Shown here one piece after another: positions 20,476-29,302 of a stretch of DNA of 64,000 nucleotides. How positions within the stretch are numbered: position 1 is the stretch's first letter; the number at the start of each line of letters is the position of its first letter. Where the stretch lies: contig OY782391.1 of the NCBI GenBank assembly GCA_963677745.1, forward strand, positions 640,001 to 704,000. The letters are read 5' to 3'. Both the position numbers and the translations under genes were made by a program. Source of the stretch: Candidatus Altimarinota bacterium (GTDB lineage Bacteria > Patescibacteriota > Gracilibacteria > UBA1369). Below the pieces are notes generated by a model. It had not been told where the DNA came from. It saw nothing but the letters and a program-made list of their open reading frames with translations, and did not search any database.

Positions 20476-22983
20476 CTAAGCAGCATTTTGATAGTCACAG
20501 CCCTGTTTTTCGATTTCTTTGAACCTGTCGCCAAAAATCTGTGGGGGGAAATACATCGAAAACAAAAGAGGCCAAGCCCTCTGGCTTTTATAGACATCAT
20601 GAGACCGGTCCGTATAAGCGGAAAGAGCGAGTAAAATTTCTTTCAAAGTCATACACTTGGTCTCCAGCATCGGATGCGTTACAAAAATTTTGTCCCCCGG
20701 CCCGTGGACGGGATAGGCCGTACGCCCGGTATGGGCAAACTCCTGATTTTCCTTAAACTTTCCGGTGGACTTGGTCCCCTTGGAAACTTTGTTTTTATAA
20801 GTGATATGACGATCCTCCTTATTATCCTCCACCTTTATCAACCCGAACGGATAATTGTCATAAATATAGGTACTGAAAGCGTCCAGGTCCTGTGGGTTTT
20901 TAAATACCCACATCCAGCGGTGCACATCGGACACCTCTTTTCCCCGGTCGGTACTGATTACTCTGGTCAACTCATCCTTAACGTGTATCAAATGGTTATC
21001 ACCGGTATAAACCAGCGCTACAACCTCACGGAATTGCTTGCGGAAAACCCGTTCTTTTTTATCCCAGACCAGCAAGGGAATGCGCATCCTGACCATTTTA
21101 AAATGCTTCTGTTCTTCAGTAGATAAAACTTTGTATTCCTTGCCTTTCCAGGAAAGATTTTGCAAAGTCGGTTCCTCAAAAATCTTTTTGGAAAGATCCT
21201 GATCTAATCCTTCGGCAAACTCCAGCAGATCATTATTGTTTAAAGCCCACTCATAACGAGGCGGTTTGGTTTCCTGACCTTTTTCATCCAGCTGCACCAG
21301 CACCCTGAAATTGACATCCAGATCTTTAATTACCTCTATCTGTAAACGCTGTTTTTCATTTTCCTCCATCCAGTCGCGCTGTACCTCTGCCTCTGCAAAT
21401 TCCTGGGAACTGAGCTGGTTAAGAACGTTTAAAAAATCTCTCAAAAAAGCCCCGCTCATATAGGTTATCTGATCATCGGGCAAATCTTTAAAATCAGGAT
21501 TTTCCTTCCTGAATTGATCCGGATAAATAAACCATTCCATTAACTTCAGCGGGTCGGTACAAAGAAGAATCGGCTTGGGATAGGTACAGGCGGTTTTAGC
21601 TTCTGAGTCCAGACGATAATAAAGCGCGTCCCCGATGGTAATTCTGAATTTGTCAGCCGCCTTGGCCAGATAAAACCTGAAATGATTTTTTACCGCCTCG
21701 TCGGACAGGTCGGGATAGGCCACCGAGGCTTTAAGTCCGAGCAACTCTCGCACTTTTTCCATATAAAGTTTGGGGTCTTTGTAGCTTGTTTCCACCAAAT
21801 CCTTGGCAAATTTTATCAGCAAGACGGTATAATTGGTTTTTCCCTGAGTGCTGGGATCAAGTATTTGCTGAAACAGATCGGTTATCCTCAGATTTTCCTT
21901 TTTAGATAATTGCTTTTTTGAATAAAACTTCATAATGGCCCGGGCAATATGCCTGTCATAAAAAGCTTTAACGTCAAACCCCGGCTCATAAAAAAGTTTT
22001 TCCCCGCCTTCAACACGTGGGGTTTCATTTATAACGCCTGTAACGCTGTTGCCGGTCGCGTCAATCAAGCCTTCTACCCGCAACTCCTCATGATGCTTGG
22101 CCATTTCACGACTCTCTTCGTATAACAAATCATACAAAGACTGCCCCCCGATTCTGGCAATTGAAGCCTTTTGTTTATCCAGATATTCCATCAAATCAAG
22201 AAATTTTCTGTGATTAAAACCCATTCTCTTTTTAGTTTTGTCCGGCGCGATGATCGGACCCATCAAGGATTCCAGGACAAAGTCCTTATTATTTTCCGCA
22301 AATTTCTCCCGATAGGCATCCGCGGCGATTTGCTCAACACTGTCATTAATTTTCTGTACAATTTTCTCCCTTAAATTTGTCATTTTGTGCTGACCGTTGC
22401 CGTTTTGTTCGGAAAACTTTATGGTTAAAAGTTTTTTCAGGTCAAGCATCGGCCTCAGCTTCTTTTGATCAACCAAGAAACGGTAAACCGTGGCCGTTTG
22501 CTGTAATTTATTTTCATCCAGAAAACTCCGGACTTTTGCCAGCACCAGCATTTCCACCTTTCTTAACTGTTCATCGGGAACCGGATTTACCGGTCTGGGA
22601 ATTTGGAGTTCAATTTTGGCCAGATCCCTGTCCAAAGTACCTAACAATTCCTCGGCTAAACCGTCATCACGAAAACGTTCGACAAACTCCGGCAGACTGA
22701 CTTTGTATTCCTGAAACACCTCTTTCACCATAATTTTTATAATATCGCTGAAAGACGTGCTTCCCTGTGAAGCCCCGGCAGCCTGTTTCATTGCCAGATC
22801 AATTCCGTCAAATTCCCTCTCCCTTACTTCCCCGGGCAGACTCCCTTCCGGCTTTCTTCTGCGTGATTCCGCACCAATGCCGTTAACAAGAGCCATATAA
22901 CGATGTTCCACTCCACCATTAACAGAACCGACATCCGGAATTTCATTTTCAACCGATAAATCAGCCGTCTCTAAATTCATCAA
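20476..22983 (-). CDS. Hypothetical soluble protein with possible degenerate RelA/SpoT-like nucleotidyltransferase C-terminus
   Basis: 835-aa ORF; C-terminal order HVKD..., SDVHRW, LETKCMT, SHDVYK echoes RxK/D/ExQxxT/HxxxYK. The CDS is likely real; the function is weak inference. Confidence 0.6.
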   Translation of the reverse strand: MMNLETADLSVENEIPDVGSVNGGVEHRYMALVNGIGAESRRRKPEGSLPGEVREREFDGIDLAMKQAAGASQGSTSFSDIIKIMVKEVFQEYKVSLPEFVERFRDDGLAEELLGTLDRDLAKIELQIPRPVNPVPDEQLRKVEMLVLAKVRSFLDENKLQQTATVYRFLVDQKKLRPMLDLKKLLTIKFSEQNGNGQHKMTNLREKIVQKINDSVEQIAADAYREKFAENNKDFVLESLMGPIIAPDKTKKRMGFNHRKFLDLMEYLDKQKASIARIGGQSLYDLLYEESREMAKHHEELRVEGLIDATGNSVTGVINETPRVEGGEKLFYEPGFDVKAFYDRHIARAIMKFYSKKQLSKKENLRITDLFQQILDPSTQGKTNYTVLLIKFAKDLVETSYKDPKLYMEKVRELLGLKASVAYPDLSDEAVKNHFRFYLAKAADKFRITIGDALYYRLDSEAKTACTYPKPILLCTDPLKLMEWFIYPDQFRKENPDFKDLPDDQITYMSGAFLRDFLNVLNQLSSQEFAEAEVQRDWMEENEKQRLQIEVIKDLDVNFRVLVQLDEKGQETKPPRYEWALNNNDLLEFAEGLDQDLSKKIFEEPTLQNLSWKGKEYKVLSTEEQKHFKMVRMRIPLLVWDKKERVFRKQFREVVALVYTGDNHLIHVKDELTRVISTDRGKEVSDVHRWMWVFKNPQDLDAFSTYIYDNYPFGLIKVEDNKEDRHITYKNKVSKGTKSTGKFKENQEFAHTGRTAYPVHGPGDKIFVTHPMLETKCMTLKEILLALSAYTDRSHDVYKSQRAWPLLFSMYFPPQIFGDRFKEIEKQGCDYQNAA

Positions 22984-23086
22984 TTCACAAATAAATTACA
23001 ACATCTTTTCATTTTAGCACAAAACAGCTTACTCAACTAGAATTTTCTGTAAAGATAATCTGTAAAAATAGGCCTCGCCCTATCTT

Positions 23087-23115
23087 TTGACCCAAAAGGT
23101 GTTTTGAGGTATAAT
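23087..23115 (+). promoter_or_regulatory. Sigma70 promoter at the start of the DUF916/WxL-like cluster
   Basis: TTGACC-N17-TATAAT, 38 nt upstream of ATG 23154. Confidence 0.75.
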
Positions 23116-23153
23116 TCATAGATATTTCTACGCATGAGACTTACTCTTATCAA

Positions 23154-24308
23154 ATGCCAAAAATAAAAACCAAATTAGTCGCAACCTTTCTTCTTGCATT
23201 GATTGTCCTTCCGCAAGCGGTTTTTGCCAATTCCCTGATTGTCTCAACTGTAAAAAATCCCGACCCGTACAGTGGAAACTCCAGCTGGTTCCGTTATTAC
23301 GAATATCCGGGAACAACCGTCAAAGATTCCATTATCCTCCGCAACATCGGCAAACAGGCCGAATCAGTCAAGTTATACGCGGCCGACGCAACTTCCAACG
23401 ATGCCGGAAGTTTTTCTCCAAAGATGGAAAACGATGACCAAAAAGGCATAGGCGTATGGACGACTCTTTCTAAAAAAGAAGTAACACTTACCCCCGGTCA
23501 AAGCGAAGAAATCAGCTTTGAAATAAAAATCCCCCAGGAAATCACGCCGGGCCAATACTTTGGAAGTATTATTTATGAAGAAAGCGGAAGCAGCTCCTGT
23601 GGCCCCAATGAAAACGTTTCCGGCTTCTGCACGGGAAACATTCAAATCAAAACCAGAAGCGGCAATCGCGTTTATCTGACCATCCCCGGAGAAGCCAGAC
23701 ACGATATAAAAATGCTGGATTTCAAATGGAAAAAATCAAAAAAGAACAGCGTGTATTTTTCTTTCAGTTTCACCAATAACGGTAACGTCGCCTTCGAACC
23801 TAAAGCAATTATCAGCATTTACAACAGTTTGGGGAAAAAGATTGATACCATCGAGACAAAACTGGGAAAGTCGCTGCCCAACACTTCAATGAATCCTTCG
23901 GTCGAATGGAATTATAAGGAAAACTGGGGAGATTTCACCGCCAAAGCGGAAATATACTATCTGGAAGATAATCAGGGTCGGGTAGACAGCCTGCGTGGCA
24001 CGGTCCTGAGTGAGAAAAAACAAATAAATTTCTATGTGATCCCCTGGACCGGCGTAATCTATGCTCTGGTAATTATTTTAATAATCGGGGGAGCCATTAG
24101 TGCCCACTATCTCTTTTATCTTCGTATTAATAAAACAGCCATCAGATACACGGTAAAAAAAGATGAAAATCTGATTGATCTGGCCGAAACCTACAACACC
24201 AGATGGCAGATCATCGCCCATATCAACAAGCTGAGACCACCGTATGTAATCACTGAAAACCAGGTGATCAAAATCCCCCATAGCTCCGCCCAAAAAAATG
24301 AAAAATAA
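23154..24308 (+). CDS. DUF916-like (WxL-interacting) protein with second Ig-like domain, TM and C-terminal LysM
   Basis: Signal peptide (VFA); LYAADATSNDAGSF, IGVWTT..EVTLTPG, IP..ITPGQYFGSI, FTNNGNV; TM; LysM YTVKKDENLIDLAETY..IN..PY.I...IKIP. Confidence 0.8.
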   Translation: MPKIKTKLVATFLLALIVLPQAVFANSLIVSTVKNPDPYSGNSSWFRYYEYPGTTVKDSIILRNIGKQAESVKLYAADATSNDAGSFSPKMENDDQKGIGVWTTLSKKEVTLTPGQSEEISFEIKIPQEITPGQYFGSIIYEESGSSSCGPNENVSGFCTGNIQIKTRSGNRVYLTIPGEARHDIKMLDFKWKKSKKNSVYFSFSFTNNGNVAFEPKAIISIYNSLGKKIDTIETKLGKSLPNTSMNPSVEWNYKENWGDFTAKAEIYYLEDNQGRVDSLRGTVLSEKKQINFYVIPWTGVIYALVIILIIGGAISAHYLFYLRINKTAIRYTVKKDENLIDLAETYNTRWQIIAHINKLRPPYVITENQVIKIPHSSAQKNEK

Positions 24309-27300
24309 ACAAGGCTTAAAATTCATCAGTTTTGCAACGCTGCTAACAAGCGTCCTTTCACTGTTACTGGGTAACCAGACCCCGAATATCCAGACCGCAC
24401 AGGCCGCAATCAGTCCCAACGAGGACTCGGTGGCAATTGTCGATCTGATCGATAATCCCGCAGGCGGTATTACTATCAGAGATATCAGCTCCGACATTGA
24501 TAAGGACGGAAACCAATATTACACTTGGGTAACCGACGAACCGGGAAGCTGTCACGGCCTGTATTATCAGGTCTTTAACAAAGCGGCAGTCCCCGTTACG
24601 CAGGCTACGCAAATCGACACCGGCTGTGCGGGTGCATATAATTTTTTCAATCCTGACATCTATACGGCCGCCGACCCGTCGGGAAATTATTCAATAGATC
24701 ATTTTGCGATTGTCTATAACAAATATACGCAAGCCACCGGCTCACATGCCATACGTGTGCTGTCGTATAACAGATCATATGGTCAATATGTAGCAGGTTT
24801 TGGGGTCGACAGCGGACTAATCCTGGACGAAACCGCCCAGCCGCGTATCGCTGGAGATTACCTGGGAGAAAAAGTGGGAATAACTTTTACGGCTCGTGAT
24901 TTTGTAGGCAGTAATCTGCACAATGTATATTTTCAGGGGTATGATCTAGACTTCACACCCATGCACGGCTCCAACCTGCTCGTCAACTCCGTCACTGCGG
25001 GAAACCAGGCAGACCCCGCCATCAGTTTTTCCGGAGAACATTTTATGGTTACTTTCAGCGAAACCGATACTAATCCCACCCCTAACACATATGTAAAAGC
25101 CAGGGCGATCAATTACACGGCAAACAACCTCTCCGCTGAAATCACAGTGGAGGCGGCAACCAATCCCACCATGGCCAATTTCAGCGACGTTGCAGGCATG
25201 CTGGACAATGATTACACAGCCAATCCGCTGATTGAGCATTTTTATGTAACCTACGTATATCATTTTGCCAATGCCGACACTGAAATCCGTCTCAAAAAGA
25301 TCTATTGCCAATACGATTCGGGTAATCCTGGCAGCTATAACTGTAACCTTACCTCCCGGGAAGGAGAACCGATCTATTCACGCGTTAACTCGTCAGGAGT
25401 ACAAAATTCAAAACCAGCGATAACATCTTTTAAAAACACAACCGACATTAAAAGATTTTCTCCCAACGAAAACACCAATATTGACGTCCTGACAGTTGCC
25501 TGGATCAGTAACTATAACGGTACTTTCAACCTGAAGGCACAAAACTACACTGACACGCTCGCCAAAACCGGGGGAGAAATAAGCGTAGCGGACAACATAT
25601 ATGAAAGCTCCGGCATATCCATATCATCCAGCCGTGACGGATTTTACGGAATAACTTTTAAATATAATTCCCCTACTCTGGACAACCACGCCAAACTCTA
25701 TCCGAGCATGTACCTGAAACGCGGCGTCGAAAGGCAGGTCAATGCCCCTGACTCCAGCGCCCAGGAAAACGTCAAAGTGGCAAAGAACAGTGACGGGAAA
25801 TATGTTGTCACCTACCAAAGTTTTAATGGTGCGGATTATGACGTGATTTACGCTCTCTATGATCAATATGGGAACGCTATTAAAAACACCACTCTGGCTA
25901 ATCAGACTACAGGTGACGACCAGACTAACCCACAGGTAGCTTTCTGGAACGAAGACAGCACCTCGGGCGATTATGGAAAATTCATTATTTCCTGGGAAGG
26001 TGCCGGCGCAACCGACGCCGACGGAATTTACTATCGGATTTTCAACGCCGACGGGACTCCCAATTCTGACGAAACTTTGGTCAACCAGAATACCGGCCTG
26101 GCGCAATCGGAAGCTTCCCTGTCCACCGGAAAGTTCGGCCAATTTGCTGTAGTTTACAAAGAATCCTCTTCCATCATCCTCTTCTACAAAAACGGGACAA
26201 ATAACATTTACCAAACCGTCTTCAGCGGCACAGCTCCCTACAACCCCCTTGTTGCATTAAGCAGAATGGCAGACGGCAGCACCGGGTCCTCGGGGACAAG
26301 CAAATTTGTAATCACTTGGGACGAGTCAGCGCTGGCCAGGTCACTGGTGGAGGGATACTTAAACAGCTCCAGCACTGCCCACCTGAATTCCAGCCAGTCT
26401 CAAACCGAACGTACCCTCAAACTGGAAGGTGGATATAATAGTGCCAACGCTACCTTTACACCTGCCCAGGACAATTTTTATTATGTCAGATACGTCTACC
26501 TGCCGGGCGCCCCCCCTACTGCCGGAATAAAAATAAACTTCTTTGGAAACTCAACTCCAATCAATATAAGCACTTCAGCAGATGAAGGTATTAATGACGT
26601 TTCCATTGATCCGGCTACCCAGAATATCTTCACCATCGGACAACGGAACGCCGGTTATTCAGTCGATAACGAACAGGTATTGCTTTTTCCTTCCGATGCT
26701 CCAAGCAACCTGGCCGCCGCAGAACACATTACTGACGAAGACCTTTTGGTTGAAGCAGACGTACTTGAAGGTCATGGACAATATATCTTCATAGAAAACG
26801 CCACCGGAGGTTTCCCTAATGGCACAAGAATCGGAGAATACATACTCGAGTTCATCTACCGGGACACTGTGGTCTATGACGATATCGGAACGGTAACCGG
26901 TAATTTCCTTCAATATTCGGTAAACACGGGAACCAACATGCCGCAGTGGACCAAGTCCGGGCCAGCCTTCGCCATTAATCACTACAATTATTACGGACAA
27001 ACCTTCGGCAGTTACGATGCCGCATACGACACCAGACCTACCGACAGTGACGGAAAGTTTATCGCCACTGCCTATTCGACCGTCAGCTCACCCGATTATC
27101 CGGACGCCAATGGGGTCCTTCAACAAATGATCGACGATCCGTTTTCAGTCGGAACAAAAGAAGACCTTACCCCGGTTACCGAACAACAGGTTAACCCGGG
27201 AGGACGTTATATTATAGTTCCGAACACCATCGATTTCGGTTCTTTATTGAGAAACACCACTGGAACTGTCGACTTCGCAACCCTTACCCCGGACTGTGTA

Positions 27301-27654
27301 TCAATCACGGATTTGGACGGAACCGACTTTGACCTGACCGTTTCACTGACCAGCCTGATAAATACGGGGAATCCCGCCCAAACATTGGCCAACAGCAACT
27401 TTATTATTGAAAACAACAACAGCGTAAATCCCCCGATTGTAAATCTGCTCCCTTTCTCCAGCATCTCCGACGTCACGCTCGACCCGTCCACGGACCCGGG
27501 AGAAAACGCCAATCTGGGAACCACCAGAACCCTCATGCGTAAAAGCAGTTTTGGAACGGGTGCCTGGGAAATCTGTCCAAAAGCCATTTTAAACATCCCG
27601 GCAGAAGTTGAAAGCGGAACCTACAGCGGAACCTTAACTTTCACCCTGATCTGA
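24298..27654 (+). CDS. Large secreted adhesin-like protein with C-terminal WxL-like domain
   Basis: Signal peptide ending AQA; VN..T.G.Q..P repeats; C-terminal domain IIVPNTIDFG...ITDLDGTDFDLTVS...IPAEVESGTYSGTLTFTLI. Confidence 0.75.
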   Translation: MKNKQGLKFISFATLLTSVLSLLLGNQTPNIQTAQAAISPNEDSVAIVDLIDNPAGGITIRDISSDIDKDGNQYYTWVTDEPGSCHGLYYQVFNKAAVPVTQATQIDTGCAGAYNFFNPDIYTAADPSGNYSIDHFAIVYNKYTQATGSHAIRVLSYNRSYGQYVAGFGVDSGLILDETAQPRIAGDYLGEKVGITFTARDFVGSNLHNVYFQGYDLDFTPMHGSNLLVNSVTAGNQADPAISFSGEHFMVTFSETDTNPTPNTYVKARAINYTANNLSAEITVEAATNPTMANFSDVAGMLDNDYTANPLIEHFYVTYVYHFANADTEIRLKKIYCQYDSGNPGSYNCNLTSREGEPIYSRVNSSGVQNSKPAITSFKNTTDIKRFSPNENTNIDVLTVAWISNYNGTFNLKAQNYTDTLAKTGGEISVADNIYESSGISISSSRDGFYGITFKYNSPTLDNHAKLYPSMYLKRGVERQVNAPDSSAQENVKVAKNSDGKYVVTYQSFNGADYDVIYALYDQYGNAIKNTTLANQTTGDDQTNPQVAFWNEDSTSGDYGKFIISWEGAGATDADGIYYRIFNADGTPNSDETLVNQNTGLAQSEASLSTGKFGQFAVVYKESSSIILFYKNGTNNIYQTVFSGTAPYNPLVALSRMADGSTGSSGTSKFVITWDESALARSLVEGYLNSSSTAHLNSSQSQTERTLKLEGGYNSANATFTPAQDNFYYVRYVYLPGAPPTAGIKINFFGNSTPINISTSADEGINDVSIDPATQNIFTIGQRNAGYSVDNEQVLLFPSDAPSNLAAAEHITDEDLLVEADVLEGHGQYIFIENATGGFPNGTRIGEYILEFIYRDTVVYDDIGTVTGNFLQYSVNTGTNMPQWTKSGPAFAINHYNYYGQTFGSYDAAYDTRPTDSDGKFIATAYSTVSSPDYPDANGVLQQMIDDPFSVGTKEDLTPVTEQQVNPGGRYIIVPNTIDFGSLLRNTTGTVDFATLTPDCVSITDLDGTDFDLTVSLTSLINTGNPAQTLANSNFIIENNNSVNPPIVNLLPFSSISDVTLDPSTDPGENANLGTTRTLMRKSSFGTGAWEICPKAILNIPAEVESGTYSGTLTFTLI

Positions 27655-28262
27655 TGAAAAAAGCATTATACATCTTGGTTTTCTCGTTGATCGGGGCACA
27701 AACTCTGCTGGCTCAGGAAATTCCCTTTACGACTTTTCCCACTCACACCGAGAACCACAACAAGTGGATTATCAGAGACGTGAATCCCGGCTCTTCGTAC
27801 GATGAGTCTATAACCGTAAAAAACCTTTCCGACTATACAATCTCTTTGAAACTGGAAACGATCGAGTTTAGTGAAAACGGAGAAAAAATTAATCTAAGAG
27901 AAGGAGTTCCGCCGGAAGATATCGGCAAATGGATTTCTTTCAACGAACAGAAATTATCTCTGCAACCGCATGAAAAAAAAGAACTTTCCTTGAAAATTTC
28001 TATACCGGAAAAAACTGCGCTGGGAAAATATCAGGCTGCAGTAATGGTGTCTCACTCCTCCGGTGAAGAAGGACAGCTCAACTTGTCCACGCGCATTGGA
28101 AACCGGATTTATTTGAACGTAACCGATTCCAAATTGCTACAGACCAACACAGTTAATTACTGGAATCCTTCCCTGCAAATATTCCTCATTTTAGCATCAC
28201 TTTTAGGCCTGTATTATGGTCTAAAACCGGAAAAAACAGTCAAATCACTCAGTCAACAATGA
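27654..28262 (+). CDS. Single-domain DUF916-like protein with C-terminal TM
   Basis: Signal peptide; VNPGSSYDESITVKN, IGKWISF, IPEKTALGKYQAAV, TRIGNRIYLNV; TM; overlaps both neighbours. Confidence 0.75.
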   Translation: MKKALYILVFSLIGAQTLLAQEIPFTTFPTHTENHNKWIIRDVNPGSSYDESITVKNLSDYTISLKLETIEFSENGEKINLREGVPPEDIGKWISFNEQKLSLQPHEKKELSLKISIPEKTALGKYQAAVMVSHSSGEEGQLNLSTRIGNRIYLNVTDSKLLQTNTVNYWNPSLQIFLILASLLGLYYGLKPEKTVKSLSQQ

Positions 28263-29284
28263 AGATACAAACACTAAAAAAATGGATTAGCCTAGTCAGT
28301 TTTCTGGCCCTGCTTGGCAATGCAACGCCTATCTTTGCCCAATGGGTGGAACTGGAAATATTAGGCGGCGGATACAAACTTCGCGGTCCTTCGGAAATTA
28401 ATTTCGCTACAGTCAGCACCTCCACCAACATCAGCACCAATGAATTGGATTTCCGGGATATCGGCGAAACAACTCCGTCACAAAGTGAAAACAATTTTCT
28501 CCTGGTAATAGACGAGAACGGCGGCAACCCTTTTGACGTAACCGTCACCAGCAACGACCTGAAAAAAGAAGATCCCCTTGTCACGATGACTCTTCCCGAC
28601 AGTACCGGCAACACGCTCAAAGTCGTCAGCTCGAACGGCTTTCTGCCGGGAGACACTTTCATTTTCCCCAATTACACGCCCGACACGGGTATCTATGAAA
28701 TAGCTTCCGTGCCGGATGAAACAACCGTCGTTATTACCTCCACCTTTGCCGGAGGAGCTCCCCCGCTGGACATCACGGTTAGTCGGTATGTCGACTGTGA
28801 GATCACCCCCAAAAAATGCATTGCCTTAGCCGGCTTTTCCATTAAAAACGGCTCCGGCGTGGAAACCGTGTACGGCAATTCCAATGATTTTGTCATCAAC
28901 AGTCAGACTAACGAGTACGTTCCGTTCAAGGCAGCAGCAACCACCATAGCCGGTTCTTCCGGAACCACCTTGAAAGTGGATAATTCAGAGGAATTTTTTA
29001 ACAGTGAAGGTATCTCTTTCCCTTCAGACAGTGGCGTGTTACCTCTCGACAACATTATTTCCACGGTCGACGACAACAACACTATTACACTCCAATATCC
29101 TTTCACAAGTGCCCCCGCAGCAGGGGTTCAGGTCAAATCAACCAACGCGCGTTCCCTCACCCTGGGAAATGGCAATGGTGCGTCTCCCGGACAATGGAAA
29201 ATTTATCCGGTTATTCGGGACGTTATACCGGCCGGCCAGCTCCCTGGCACTTATCAGAGCACTCTAAACTTTACCATCGTTTAA
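28259..29284 (+). CDS. Secreted WxL-like protein with two inserted repeats
   Basis: Signal peptide (IFA-Q); GPSEINFA, LVIDENGGNPFDVTVT; C-terminus IPAGQLPGTYQSTLNFTIV. Confidence 0.75.
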   Translation: MKIQTLKKWISLVSFLALLGNATPIFAQWVELEILGGGYKLRGPSEINFATVSTSTNISTNELDFRDIGETTPSQSENNFLLVIDENGGNPFDVTVTSNDLKKEDPLVTMTLPDSTGNTLKVVSSNGFLPGDTFIFPNYTPDTGIYEIASVPDETTVVITSTFAGGAPPLDITVSRYVDCEITPKKCIALAGFSIKNGSGVETVYGNSNDFVINSQTNEYVPFKAAATTIAGSSGTTLKVDNSEEFFNSEGISFPSDSGVLPLDNIISTVDDNNTITLQYPFTSAPAAGVQVKSTNARSLTLGNGNGASPGQWKIYPVIRDVIPAGQLPGTYQSTLNFTIV

Positions 29285-29302
29285 ACAACGTAGAGCATTA
29301 TT

